Below are positions 48,032 through 61,381 of a stretch of DNA of 64,000 nucleotides, in pieces (position 1 is the stretch's first letter; every line of letters begins with the position of its first letter). The stretch is from positions 166,222,001-166,286,000 of the forward strand of contig NC_042999.1 of the NCBI RefSeq assembly GCF_006345805.1. Reading direction: 5' to 3'. The translations under genes and the position numbers were made by a program. Source of the stretch: Octopus sinensis (Eukaryota). Below the pieces are notes generated by a model, which did not search any database, was not told the origin of the DNA, and saw only the letters and a program-made list of their open reading frames with translations.

Positions 48032-48186
48032 AAGGTAGTTATGCCCGGTTGATAGAGTTACGGTTTCGCGTCCACAAAGCGCATGGTTTTACATACGTCT
48101 CGTTAGAACCTAGAGACGTATGTAAACCCAAGTGCTTTATGGATGCGAAACCCTGAGTAACTCTATGAACCGGCCATAACTACCTT
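48032..48186. repeat. Imperfect 155-bp palindrome next to (CATA)n
   Basis: AAGGTAGTTATG..TTACATACGTCTC-loop-GAGACGTATGTAA..CATAACTACCTT with an 11-nt loop. Confidence 0.9.
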
Positions 48187-48694
48187 CATTTAAATACTCT
48201 GCTGCTCTATAACTTAGAGTGCGGTTCTCCGGATTTATGATTTACTGACGATATATATATATATATATACACACATACACACACACACGCACACAAAGAT
48301 ACATATATATGTGTGTGTGTGTGTATATGCAATACTTCTGAGAGGAATTCGGGTGGGTGTAACAAGATTACTTTGAGTAGCAGTGGGTTGCTCTTCTTTT
48401 TTTTTATTTTGGGGTAGGGAAGAGCTTAACAGATAACCACAGGCCCCGGATTTGTGCGCCGAATGAACTCCACTGTTATTGGCCCTGCATACGAGTACGT
48501 GCAAAAATAAATTAGTTACTGACGGATCCATGTTAATAATTGGAGATACCCACGGTCGAAAACCTAGCTACGCCTTTATTTAACTTGTTAAGTTAAAAAG
48601 TATCTATTGGGTGTCGGTAAGTTTGCCTGCTGAGAAGGTTGAGGAAAACGCTGGCGTTTCGGGTTTTGTCACCAACCAACTCTCCTGGGTTTAT

Positions 48695-49690
48695 GCCCGT
48701 TGCTAGGGGTTTGCACTGGACGGCACTGCTTCCTCACTGTTCGATTGTGCACCCTCAGATTCACAGTGGCACACTTATTTCGAAACTCCACTTTAGCATT
48801 ATTGAAATAAATTGCCCACTCAGAATCTTCTGAAGCTACCTTGGACATTAAAGTTAGGCAACGGGCCTGCCTGGATAATTATTTCTGTCACAGACCTTAA
48901 TTAGTTTCTTTAGATTCTGGGTTTTACTCCTACATTTGTTTGTTGACATTTAATTAATTGTCAACTCAGTTCTAATTATTTTTGTTTTGAATTTCGTCTC
49001 GCATCTTGACAGAAGCAAAAGAATTTATATCAAGGACATCCGACATATATATTGACCGAATCTTGGTGTTAGCATGTAAAATATATCAACGTTGAATTGT
49101 TTATTCCACTATGTCGACACCAGCGCGCGTTAGGAGTAAACTAATGCAAAGAATCACATACAGTAATGTGTAAGAAGTGTAACCAAATATAGTAATACAG
49201 TTTGTGTTCATAACCGATAATAAAAAGAAAAAGAACTCTTTCACCCCCCTCTGTTTTTTTTCTCTCGCTCTTTCGTTATTCTTTTCTGTCTCTCTCTATC
49301 TCTATCTGTGTAGAGTTTTAAAAGGAGAATTATTTGTTTGAACAAAATTAATTAGATTGTGACCCGGAGAAGCAAACAAGTTTACATACTTTATAAGAGG
49401 AAGAAATTTTCAGTGAAGTTTCACAATTTCATAAGACATATTCATCTCTATCATTATCAACATCATCATCATCATCATTCTCGTCACTGACTCCATAGTC
49501 TTATGAGAAACATACGTTATATACATGTACTGAAACTGTTTGTTGTTGCAGCATGCCCGTCACTAAAGGGCTGCCTTGGACGCCTCACTATTCAATGGTG
49601 CGCCCTCAGATTTACAGTGTTGTACTTATTTCGAAACTCCATTATTACACATCAGTGCCTACTCAGAGTATTCTGAAGAAGCACCTCCAC
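48695..49690. repeat. Diverged direct duplication of about 140 bp (48695-48840 and 49552-49690)
   Basis: Shared blocks TGCCCGT, CCCTCAGATT.ACAGTG, ACTTATTTCGAAACTCCA, ACTCAGA.T.TTCTGAAG. Confidence 0.7.
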
Positions 49691-49719
49691 ACGAACGGCC
49701 TGTGTTGCACAACATACAT

Positions 49720-49921
49720 ACTCTTTTACTTGTTTCAGTCATTTGACTGCCGCCATGCTGGAGCACCGCCTTTAGTCGAGCAAATCGACCCCGGGACTTA
49801 TTCTTTGTAAGCCCAGTACTTATTCTATCGGTCTCTTTGGCCGAACCGCTAAGTGACGGTGACGTAAACACACCAGCATCGGTTGTGAAGCAATGCTAGG
49901 GAGACAAACACAGACACACAA

Positions 49922-49960
<39 letters not shown>

Positions 49961-50131
49961 CATATATACGACAGGCTTCTTTCAGTTTCCGTCTAACAAA
50001 TCCACTCACAAGGCATTGGTCGGCCCGGGGCTATAGTAGAAGACACTTGCCCAAGATGCCACGCAGTGGGACTGAACCCAGAACCATGTGGTTGGTAAGC
50101 AAGCTACTTACCACACAGCCACTCCTGCGCC
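49720..50131 (-). mobile_element. SINE family A, full length
   Basis: Near-identical to 5724-6135. Confidence 0.92.
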
Positions 50132-50337
50132 TATACTATATACATATATTACAACATTGTAGCTTCACACAATACAACGCGACATGTGCACCGGTCCTCT
50201 TAATGGCTTTCTCTCTTGTTCTCTCTCTCTCTCTCTTTCTCTCTCTCTCCCTCCCTCCCTCTCTCCCTCCCTCTCTCTCTCTCTCTCTCTCTCCACATAC
50301 ACGTTCACATATATATATATATACATTTTCTTTTTTA

Positions 50338-50520
50338 TTCTTTTACTTGTTTCAGTCATTTTGACTGAGGCCATGCTGGAGCACCGCTTTTAGTCGAACA
50401 AATAAACCCCAGGATATTCTTTGTAAGCCTAGTACTTATTCTATCGGTTTGTTTTGCCGAACCGCTAAGTTACGCGGACGTAATACAAGCGATGGTGGGG
50501 TGACAAATATAGACGCACAA
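50338..50520 (-). mobile_element. SINE family A, 3' half
   Basis: Family A tail match. Confidence 0.8.
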
Positions 50521-50885
50521 ATATGTGTGTGTGTGTATGTATGTATATACACAGAGACACACAGAGAGACACACACATGTATGTATGTATGTGTTTGTGT
50601 GTGTGTATATATATATATATATATCCATAGAGGATCTAGTTTTTTGCATTCGCAAAATATGCAATTTTTAGACTAGATCCCTTATATGTGTGTGTTTGTG
50701 TGTGTGTGTATAAGCGTACATTTTATATATGTACCGGTTCTCTTTATGGTTATACAAATATAGAAACTACACCTGTGCTCATGTATCTATTGTTTATTGA
50801 AACCTTTAGGTTTATGCATAAATGCAGTATTGTCGTACAGGGTTTATTTTATTGCTTTTCTATGCGCGCGCACACACACATACAT

Positions 50886-50963
<78 letters not shown>

Positions 50964-52374
50964 TATGCCACTATTCTGTATTGTTTAGCAAACAACTTTG
51001 TAAAAACTTGTATACAGGTTTCGAAAAAGCAGATATTAAAAGTATTGCAATATTTCATAGTAATATACCGAGTTTTTGGGCGTGTGAGAAAATATTATTG
51101 GCATGGGAAACAATATTATAAGTTTCAATGGATAAATGCAATAATATTTGTATTATGAGAAAACAGGAGACAAACAGATGTTGACTAACGATGGAACTTG
51201 GAGCGATGGAACAGATGTTGACTTACGATAGGAAGAGCGTTGCTATTTTAATAATGGCATAGTTGCAGCTTAACGGTTGACCAAAACCTAAAAATTGAAA
51301 TTACTTTGTAAATCTCAGTCAGTTTTATTCTAACATGACCGAGGACTAAGTTCGAAGACTTGAAAGCAGCTTTCAATGTCCGACAACGAGGATGTATTAC
51401 GCTTAATTCTTATATGGGATGATGTAATGATGTGATGTAGTGTAGAGCCATTTAGTGTATGCTATATATTGGAATTGTTGTGGAGTTTGGCAACATAATT
51501 TGGTCAATGTATGATAGCTTTGAATACCTTAATTTCTTTGTACGCACTATAGACTAACAAGGCAACACGATGCTTGAAGTGGTGCAAAAGTCACACACAC
51601 ATACAGGGTGTGTCAGTTTTTTTGAGGACACCTCTTTCAAGAACTCGAACTTTCTTGTAACTTATTTATTTAACTTGCTTTTCAGATAAATAATGTCAGA
51701 CATCAGGTTGACTTAGCAATGGAAAAGGCATGTAACAAGAGGTTAATTAAGAGTTGGGCTTTACCAGTTAAGGAAGTATATTTAGATGCGTGCACGTAAG
51801 AATGTTTGAAACCTATAGATGCAAAAGGTAACCATAAAGGTAACCATAAAAATCAGAAGGTAATGCTTTTGGTTAACAAACGCAATTTATCCATTGCTCA
51901 CACGTGAAATAGCTGGCACAACAGAGATAAGCGTACAAGACAACTAGGTGTAGGAGGCTTGAGTTAATTCCTTAATATACATCAAGGTAGTTAGATCTGG
52001 TACTTGGCTACAAATCTAAAATATCCAATAAGGTTTGAAGCGGTAGTGAGGCGAGGTAGAAGTCCCACAGCGTGCTGAGCTAGACGAGCCACAAGCTCGT
52101 TGATAGATTAGTGTCTACATCTGAATGGGATAAAGCAAAGCAGCGACGAAAGGGAACTAGGTGTTAACGTTCCGACATTTAGACAGCGACTGGATAAAAC
52201 GTCTTTGAAAAGCGCGCGCCATTACTCTGGGCGGAAGTCGTCATGTGTATTCCTCCGCCGCTAACTTTTAAAGAGCGGTGGAACGCAGCACTAGTGTGCT
52301 GCTACGCTGGGGTGAAGTAATTCGACTGCCCTGCTAATGCTACAGGCACACTGTAACCGTTGCCTTAAAAGTTC

Positions 52375-52960
52375 GGCATAGAGATACAAAGATAGCTAAC
52401 TTCCTGAAAGTTGCCCGATCCTTCGTTGTCAACGTTCGAAAGGATCTGGAAGCTGCTGACGGGGATTTAACATTACCAGCTGAAGGCAAAACGCCGGCAC
52501 AGAGTCCTAATACCACCAGAACACATAACTTGGTACAAAAAGTCTAAGAAATAATCGAGAAAAACCATTGCAAAGACCTCAAGTTTTCAGTATGCACCAT
52601 CAGAAGAGTTGTGCATGATAACATCTGGTACAAGTGATGTGTGAGGCGGTGGGATCAGTTTATGTTGAATGTGACAAGACAGAATCTTTCTATCCATGCA
52701 AAGTGTTTGCTAAACAAGAGGGTGGAATGCTTTGGTTTTTCTCCGATGAGAAAAACTTCGATCATAGCCAAAGGGTAGACTGAAGGAAGGACAGATGGTT
52801 ATGCAGAGACACGAATGAGGTTCCAACGGTCATGCATACTAAGTTCACAACAACCGTGATGGTTCCGGAAGTCATCAGCAACGAGGGACATGTCACGCCA
52901 CCTCACTTCTTTTCACAGGGCTTAGGAGTCGATGACGCTTTCTGCAGAAAATTGTGAAGC
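52375..52960 (+). pseudogene. Tc1/mariner superfamily maT (DD37D-like) transposase relic
   Basis: IANFLKVARSFV..VRKDLEA; WFFSDEKNFD..RKDRWLC..EVPTVMHTKF..VMV..ISNEGHV.PPHFF. A possible left end TA|CAGGGTG at about 51604 is unconfirmed. Confidence 0.8.
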
Positions 52961-53001
52961 CTTTAACTACACAACGAATGGTAAATATAATAAAAATTAA
53001 T

Positions 53002-53420
53002 CTTTGACAGCTGTTTCCGGGATATCCCTGCTATTGGAGCATCGAATCGAGCGAAGACTCTGTAGGTATTTCGTCAATGGCGAGATATAGGTTAGACAAT
53101 ATTTTCAGAACTTTGGAATACTAGCATTTATTTCCCTCACAATGGAGTACTGCAAAAACATTTTCTTCTTCTTCTCATCATGGTGTACTACCAACCATCC
53201 TTGCTGATGATGGATTTACCTAAAGAATACCCGATCTAACTGAATTTAACTGAACCTTTCCACCCAACTGGATATAATGAACCACAACAAATATCATTAA
53301 CGAGGAACTTTCTTCCACTGTCGAACTTAAACCTTTCCGATAATGGATTGCCCAACTTACAGAGTCTTCGCTTCATACAATGCTCCAATAGCTGAGATAT
53401 CTTAAAAACAGCTGTCAGAG
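53002..53420. mobile_element. Old MITE-like element with inverted ends of about 63 bp
   Basis: 53002-53064 versus the reverse complement of 53358-53420 (TGACAGCTGTTT..GATATC..GCTATTGGAGCAT..AGCGAAGACTCTGTA). Confidence 0.65.
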
Positions 53421-53657
53421 ACTGTCACTATTTTTTATCTTTCGTTATGTAGCTAAATTAGATTGAATTTGATGAAATTAAATGTCCGTGTCATGCCTTG
53501 CCTAATTGTTTTTCTTTCCTCACTACTTTAACCTACTGACTCAAAGGAAAGCCACCTGTAACCATTTTGAACAAGACAATCACATAACCACAACTTCCTG
53601 TTGAAACAGGAATTTTTGAGCACTCAGAACGCATATCTATGAGTTTGAGCCAGCCTT

Positions 53658-53659
<2 letters not shown>

Positions 53660-53691
<32 letters not shown>

Positions 53692-54026
53692 TGTATTTAT
53701 GTATGTATGTATGTGTATGTATGTATGTATGTATGTATGTATGTATGTATGTATGTATGTATGTATGTATGTATGTATGTATGTGTGTGTGTATGTATGT
53801 ATGTATGTATGTATGTATGTATATGTATGTATGTATGCATGCATTCATGTATGTATGTATGTATGTATGTTATGTATGTATGTATGTATGTGTGTGTGTA
53901 TGTATGTATGTATGTATGTATGTATGTATGTATGTATGTATGTATGTATGTATGTGTGTGTGTGTATGTATGTATGTATGTATGTATGTATGTATGTATG
54001 TATGTATGTATGTATGTATGTATGTA

Positions 54027-54057
<31 letters not shown>

Positions 54058-54160
54058 ATGTATGTATGTATGTATGCATGCATTCATGTATGTATGTATG
54101 TATGTATGTATGTATGTATGTATGTATGTATGTATGTATGTGTGTATGTGTGTGTGTATG
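53660..54160. repeat. (TATG)n/(TG)n microsatellite of about 500 bp
   Basis: Directly visible. Confidence 0.98.
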
Positions 54161-54251
54161 TAATCTGACATAGATGGCAGGGAGAAAACTTTCTCTGAAG
54201 AACTGCTTACTGACTGTAAAAATGATATTTAATGGAATCACTTCCTACATA

Positions 54252-55519
54252 CAAGCAGCGGCTGAAAAGTTCATAGACTGACCAAGATATTCTCGTGGAA
54301 TGTGACCAAATGAGGTTTACTTTTCAACATATCCTGCCCCTTGCGATTCATGCGTTTCTTCCATTGATGTTGCAGTGCTTGGATCCGGTTGGTGAAGAAG
54401 CTTTCGTCCTGTTGGTCAAAAATGTTATTAACTGCTGATATCACATCATCATTACTGATACTGTTTCTCAACCAAATGTTTTTTTCCCCCGTTGAGTAAT
54501 AGAAAATAATCAGATGGAGTCAAATCAGAAGAATCGAGACGGTGATCAATCAGTTCAAAGCCACACTCACGCACGGCACGCATTGAAACCAACGACTTGT
54601 CTACTGGAACATTGTCTGCTTGAAACGTTAGTTTTCCTGGCCGTTTCTTCTTAATAGTCTTTCGCAACTGTCTCAACAAGTTGGCATAGTACTCTTCCAT
54701 TTATGGTGTGACCCTTTTGACAATAATCAATGAGCATAATGCCTTTTGCATCCCCCAAAATTGAGGCCGTCACCCTCCCTGCAGATGAAACGACCTTGAC
54801 CTTCTTTGGAACAGGTAATGAGAGATGTTCCCATTGCATGGATTGTCTCTTTGTCTGATTCAAAGTGATGAACCCGACACTCATCCATGAGTAGGAAACT
54901 TCAAGGAAACCAGCTGGATCTATCTCAAACAATGTCAGATTTTCCCGTGATGTGATCAGCTTGGTGAGTTTTTGATGAGGTTTTTGATGTGGCGCCCTCA
55001 CAGCGCAAACCTTCGTCGGGCTAAATTCATTTTGCAGAATATTCTCAACTTTCTTTCATGGGATATGCTAATAATATTGACTATTTGATTTGTAGTCAAT
55101 CGCCTGATATCCATCACTTTGTGGTGAACACGATCAATGCTTTCTTCGATGGTGGCAGCTGCAGGACAGACAGACAGACAGACTTTGGGTCATCGTCAAG
55201 ACCCTCCGTTCCCCTCTTAAATTCAGTTGTCTACTTTGGCACTGTTGATAAAGCTGGAGTGTCATCCCCTAATGTAGCAACCATGTTAGCGTTAATGCCC
55301 TTGGGAGACAAACCTTTTTTATGCAGGTACTTGATAACAGTACGATGCCAAATTTTGTCGATTTTCAGAAGTTGCCACTAGTTACTTTTGAAGTCTTCTT
55401 TGAACAGTTAGATGTAATTTATGCAGTTATTAATAAAAGTTGAGGTTACTGCATGCAAGATTTCACAACTCTAGCATTACTTCTTCACAGTCAGCCTATA
55501 AACTTTTGAGTCCACATTG
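54252..55519 (-). mobile_element. Mariner (DD34D) element, full length (about 1.27 kb), decayed
   Basis: TA-flanked degenerate TIRs (CAAGCAGCGGCTGAAAAGTTCATAGACTGAC / GTCAGCCTATAAACTTTTGAGTCCACATTG). Transposase remnants KRQSMQW, GIMLIDY..KGHTING.YY, DN, SSDLTPSDYFL. Confidence 0.88.
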
Positions 55520-56504
55520 TAGTTGTTATTAATAATGTTGTTTCGACTCCACTGAAAAAGAACTGAATGCATAGAATGGGTATTGTTAAAATTGTGCAAT
55601 AAATTGATATTCATCTAAGCGTACTTCCGCAATAATAGTTTGACTCTTTTCAGAACTTTCGATATCCTTCCTAAGTCGTCGACACTTAAATGATTTCCTG
55701 CTCTTGATTGTGACTGTATCTTGATCTTCACTCTTTTATGGATATATGGCTTATAATTTCTTGAATAAGGTGAAGTAAACCAATAAAGAATAATCTCCCG
55801 CCTAGGAATATGCAAAAATTATTTAATCTGTTAGAAGAGGTATTAACTTATGTATAGTTTTGCGACAAGCGTCGCAAAGCAAGAGAGAAACTCTTGGCAG
55901 GTGAACTGTGATGCAGTTTCAGTTACTGAATAAATGTAATATAGGTCATTAATGCTCTGATGAAAGGGTATACAAACACACTATTTACTTTTCCAACACT
56001 AAAATTGTGCCTAAAGTTAAGAAACTTGAATAAATGTATATTATATATGGTATTATTTACGCCTTTGTTACTAAAGATATTCTTGTTAAAATTGGCTTGT
56101 CAAAGAAATGCACAGGGTTGTCGAGCAGACTAGGAACGGCCTTGTTGACAGCAACATAATCTCCTAAAAACATTCCAGATAAGAAAGAGATATAAAAATA
56201 CCGAGGAAACTATCATAAACAATTTAGACACCACATCTTTCAATGAAATAGACGACAGTTTACATCTACAGCAATTATACAAGTAGAACAATAATTAGAC
56301 ATGTAGGAAGAAACACCCACATACATATAAGCATATCACTGCATGCTTATATAACAGTTATTTACAGTAAATAAAAGAAAACGGATTCTCCGTCGCTTTT
56401 GACGATGAATATTTCCAGTTATTAGGTCAGCTGATTAGTTTGTTTCTTACCTTATAGCGCCAGAGGTTGGGTACTCTCCTGACAATTGTACCCTTAATAC
56501 AATA

Positions 56505-56804
56505 CTCCTTTCTACTAGAGGCACAACATCTGAAATTTTGGGAAAGATGTACCCGATTACCTCGACCCCAGCAAACAAAATCCTGCAAAGTATTTTAATG
56601 ATAATAATGATCTCAAATGTTTTCGGCGGGAGGGAATAAGTCAATTTCATTGAGCCCAGTGTTCAACTGGTACTTGTTTCATCGACCCTGAAAGGACGAA
56701 AGGCAAAGTCAACCTCAGCAGAATCTGAACTCAGAACATAAAGCTGAAAGGAATGCCGCTAAGCAGTTTGTCCGGCATTCTAACGATCCTGCCAGCTCGC
56801 TGCC
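56505..56804 (-). mobile_element. SINE family B (one copy plus a duplicated tail fragment)
   Basis: GAAAGGCAAAGTCAACCTCAGCAGAATCTGAACTCAGAAC..GCCAGCTCGCTGCC. Confidence 0.8.
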
Positions 56805-57031
56805 TTCTCTTAACGCAAAACTGAAGTAGAAACAACACGACATAAGCATGTGACAAGGCTGGTTCTTAGAATTGCTATTACACTCCATCCGATAAGTTTC
56901 CTCACAGTTTCTATTTACGCAATTTTGTAATGGAATCGGACCCGGGATTTTATGAGCGCAAAATGATCTATTAAACCACTTGGCCATAGTTGCTTGCGTA
57001 TATTAACAATGCACACACACACACACACACA

Positions 57032-57062
<31 letters not shown>

Positions 57063-57954
57063 TACTGTGTGTTCGGACTAAATTTGACGATTATTTTATG
57101 TCTCTCCTGTTTTTTTTTTTTGTTTTTTAAAGAAGAGCTTAGTATATTGGAGAGCTTAAAAATTAAAGCTGTAGTTGTGAAAAAGTTGGCTGACATGGAA
57201 GCCATTTCAAATATTGGAAAAGAGTTAACTGTATCATGATTCACGCTGGGTACCAAAATGCTGACATCTTGGCTGCTGCTGCTGCTGCTGCTCAATGCTC
57301 TGTGAATACTGTAAAGGCTGTAAGCTGCAACGGAGCCGACGAAGATGTGGTCAGCAGGAAGGGACATAGCAAGCGTTCTGACTGCGTTCGCACGCCAGGA
57401 TTCATCCCATAACCGATAAACGGGGCCTTAGATTCAATTCAGACGGCTACGTGAAGCTACTGGAGACTGTGATCAAATCTTAACTGGAAAGGGTTGCTGC
57501 TGGAAGGCCGTGTGTGTGACTGCAGAATTCGGCTCCTTGTCATGCCTCCGGGAAGAGTCAGAAGTGGTTGTCAGAGAATTTCAACGACTTCACCAACCCC
57601 AACTTCTGGCCTCCTAATTCACCCGAATCCTATAGATTACTATGAGCGAGACGCGTTTGAGAAAGACACCAACCGCTCTGCCTGCAACACCAAGGCAGAG
57701 CTGGTGGCCAAGATTAAGTAGGTATTCGAAGATCTTCACTGGAACACAGTGAGGGACGAATGCACCAGGTTCCAGAGCCGTGTCGAGACCATCGTGGGAG
57801 CTGAGGGCGGTTGCTTTGAATAAATTATAATCTCCCAGCCATAATGTAGTTGATCTTTTTTAGTATTTTTTTAACATACTTTTATTTTTGGTTGGGATAT
57901 TGTGTTTTCTTATCCTTTTATGCAAACTGTCAAATTTAGCCCGAAGACCCAGTG
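57063..57954 (+). mobile_element. Internally deleted maT/DD37D element
   Basis: Imperfect TIRs (CTGTGTGTTCGGACTAAATTTGAC / GTCAAATTTAGCCCGAAGACCCAG followed by TA). C-terminal remnants QNSAPCH, FWPPNSP, DYY..AFEKDTN...NTKAEL. Confidence 0.82.
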
Positions 57955-58948
57955 TATACAAAAATGCAACACACATACACACACACACGCACGCACGCAC
58001 GCACGCACACACACACGCACGCACGCACGCACATACACGCACAAAGGTACACATACTTGGACCACGACACACACAAGCAAACATACATTCACATACATTT
58101 ACTTATTAATTCTTTCATCAATGTTATATATTCTAGAAAGCTAAGTTCCCTAGAAGAGGACATACGCTCCTGGTGCGCCAACAATGTGACCCGATTTCTA
58201 ACTTAGCTAAAACAATTACGCTTTAATTATATTGCTAATACCCATGGTGGGAAAGGCACAAATTTTCCCTTTCCTTATCTGATCATTAAAATGGGGAAGG
58301 GAATCTTTATATTAGATGCCAATGAAAAGATGACCGACAAAAAGTTCACACGATTAAATACTCACATAACTAAATTATACAAACTTTCCTACCAAGAACT
58401 CACCTTAAACTAGATTTTTTTGTAATTGCCCTATCATTTACAATGAAATAAAATATCTACTTATCTAACTATCCATCTATCGAGCAATCTTTAGGTTTAT
58501 CTATCTACCGCTTACCTCTTTGTCTTTGTATGTTTGAACGTTATGATCAGGTGGTGCTATTAAGTTAGACATGGCCTGGACCAATCTTTGGTCGAAACAT
58601 ATCTAAGTTTATCTAAGTTTATATGTTTGTGTATGACTGAGTGTATTTGTTTGTCTGTGTGTCTGTATAAATGAGTATGTGTGTATATATGTATGAGATG
58701 CAGATATAAATTGTATATACGTGACACAATCATGCGGCCAGAGTTCAATCCGATTGCGTAACATCTCGGGCAAGCGTCTTTTACTGCAGTTTCAGATCAA
58801 TCCAAGTTCGAAACTGGGTAAATGGAAACTATGTGGTATCAAACAGACTGTGTCTGTACCTGTCCTGTTTGTCACAAGCTGATTCAGCATTAAGATTACG
58901 TTAATGGCACAACTACAGGTGAAATATTCAGATATTCATATGCAAGTA

Positions 58949-60653
58949 CAATCAGTGGGTGGTGCTAATACAATCAATGGGCAGTGCTAGAAGAATCGGT
59001 GGGTGGTCCTAATACCATCAGTACATGGTGCTTGATCAATCAGTGGGTGGTGCTAATACAATCAATGGGCAGTGCTAGCAGAATCGGTGGGTGGTCCTAA
59101 TACCATCAGTACATGGTGCTTGGACAATCAGTGGGTGGTGCTAATACAATCAATGGGCAGTGCTAGCAGAATCGGTGGGTAGTCCTAATACCATCAGTAC
59201 ATGGTGCTTGGACAATCAGTGGGTGGTGATAATACAATCAATGGGCAGTGCTAGCAGAATCGGTGGGTGGTCCTAATACCATCAGTACATGGTGCTTGCA
59301 CAATCAGTGGGTGGTGCTAATACAATCAATGGGCAGTGCTAGCAGAATCGGTGGGTGGTCCTAATACCATCAGTACATGGTGCTTGGACAATCAGTGGGT
59401 GGTAATAATAGAATCAATGGGCAGTGCTAGCAGAATCAGTGGGTGGTCCTAATACCATCAGTACATGGTGCTTGGACAATCAGTGGGTGGTGATAATACA
59501 ATCAATGGGCAGTGCTAGCAGAATCGGTGGGTGGTTCTAATACCATCAGTACATGGTGCTTGGACAATCAGTGGGTGGTGATAATACAATCAATGGGCAG
59601 TGCTAGCAGAATCGGTGGGTGGTCCTAATACCATCAGTACATGGTGCTTGGACAATCAGTGGGTGGTGCTAAAACAATCAATGGGCAGTGCTAGCAGAAT
59701 CGGTGGGTGGTCCTAATACCATCAGTACATGGTGCTTGGACAATCAGTGGGTGGTGCTAATACAATCAATGGGCAGTGCTAGCAGAATCGGTGGGTGGTC
59801 CTAATACCATCAGTACATGGTGCTTGGACAATCAGTGGGTGATGATAATACAATCAATGGGCAGTGCTAGCAGAATCGGTGGGTGGTCCTAATACCATCA
59901 GTACATGGTGCTTGGACAATCAGTGGGAGGTGCTAATACAATCAATGGGCAGTGCTAGCAGAATCGGTGGGTGGTCCTAATACCATCAGTACATGGTGCT
60001 TGGACAATCAGTGGGTGGTGCTAATACAATCAATGGGTGGTGCTAGCAGAATCGGTGGGTGGTCCTAATACCATCAGTACATGGTGCTTGGACAATCAGT
60101 GGGTGATGATAATACAATCAATGGGCAGTGCTAGCAGAATCGGTGGGTGGTCCTAATACCATCAGTACATGGTGCTTGGACAATCAGTGGGTGGTGATAA
60201 TACAATCAATGGGCAGTGCTAGCAGAATCGGTGGGTGGTCCTAATACCATCAGTACATGGTGCTTGGACAATCAGTGGGAGGTGCTAATACAATCAATGG
60301 GCAGTGCTAGCAGAATCGGTGGGTGGTCCAAATACCATCAGTACATGGTGCTTGGACAATCAGTGGGTGGTGCTAATACAATCAATGGGTGGTGCTAGCA
60401 GAATCGGTGGGTGGTCCTAATACCATCAGTACATGGTGCTTGGACAATCAGTGGGTGGTGCTAATACAATCAATGGGTGGTGCTAGCAGAATCGGTGGGT
60501 GGTACTAATACCATCAGTACATGGTGCTTGGACAATCAGTGGGTGGTGCTAATACAATCAATGGGCGGTGCTAATACAATCAGTGGGTGGCGCTAATACA
60601 ATCAGAAGGTGGTGCAAGTTCAATCAGTGGGAGGTGCTAATACAATTAATGGG
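58949..60653. repeat. Higher-order minisatellite: 18 x 88 bp (4 x 22-bp subunits) plus about 5.5 monomeric 22-mers
   Basis: Unit CAATCAGTGGGTGGTGCTAATA-CAATCAATGGGCAGTGCTAGCA-GAATCGGTGGGTGGTCCTAATA-CCATCAGTACATGGTGCTTGGA. 58949-60532 is 1584 bp, exactly 18 x 88. Stops occur in all frames checked. Confidence 0.97.
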
Positions 60654-60935
60654 TCTACCCATTAATTGTATTAATAGTGGGCTGAAACACAGACCTGGGG
60701 AAACATAAGTTCACAAACAGAACGACCCTCCTTCAAATTCCGCCGAAACAGGATTTTGGAAAGCAGCTGGAGGTCACTTAGGAGTCATGACCTATGTGAG
60801 CCTGAGTCCCGTAGAGTGTCAGGTATAAGGGCCGAAACACTTGTCAGATGGGAGTTCTTTCTCTGAAGATCTGTCCTGCTGTACTCTCGCCTTGCGACGA
60901 GTTTCTGTTATTTATTTATTTAAATAGACAAGAAA

Positions 60936-61139
60936 GCAGCCAGTTGGTAGAATCGTTAGAGCATCGGAAAGATACTTTGTGACATCCATGCTTTATATAC
61001 GGCCAAAGTCAATTTTGCTTTTCATCCTTTCGAGGTTGATAAAATAAAGTATCCAATCAATTACTGGGGGGTTAATGTTATGGATTTACAAAAGCTCCTC
61101 AAAATTACTGGCTTTGTGTCTGAATCAGAAACTATTATT
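60936..61139 (+). mobile_element. SINE family B, diverged
   Basis: GCAGCCAGTTGGTAGAATCGTTAG..TTTCATCCTTTCGAGGTTGATAAAATAAAGTA. Confidence 0.75.
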
Positions 61140-61321
61140 CTAAATAAAATACATGCTGGTCTTGTGGTTTTTCGAAATATTGCTCTTATAGCAAATGATT
61201 AAGAACCGAAATGAAGTTCATTTTATAAGAGGTACACAAGATGACATACGCGAGAAGAGCTACGGGATATGCAGAAAACGAAATCAGTAACACATACTCA
61301 GCCCCACCACACACACACACT

Positions 61322-61381
<60 letters not shown>

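Noticed and set aside
49625-49685. GAAACTC..GAGTA followed by CTGAAGA
   Set aside because: No stem I, and the pairing is not conserved in the paralogous segment near 48780-48840.
53533-54241. ORFs of 100-170 aa in several frames
   Set aside because: (TATG)n translation artefacts; the same applies to the many IYIY, CVCV and HTHT ORFs elsewhere.
58949-60653. CRISPR-like array or repeat-protein exon
   Set aside because: No unique spacers, eukaryotic context and no cas genes. The 88-bp unit is not a multiple of 3 and has stop codons.
60825-60880. Type II hammerhead order (GAAA-CACTTG-TC ... CTGAAGA)
   Set aside because: Stem II cannot form and stem I is weak; likely chance.
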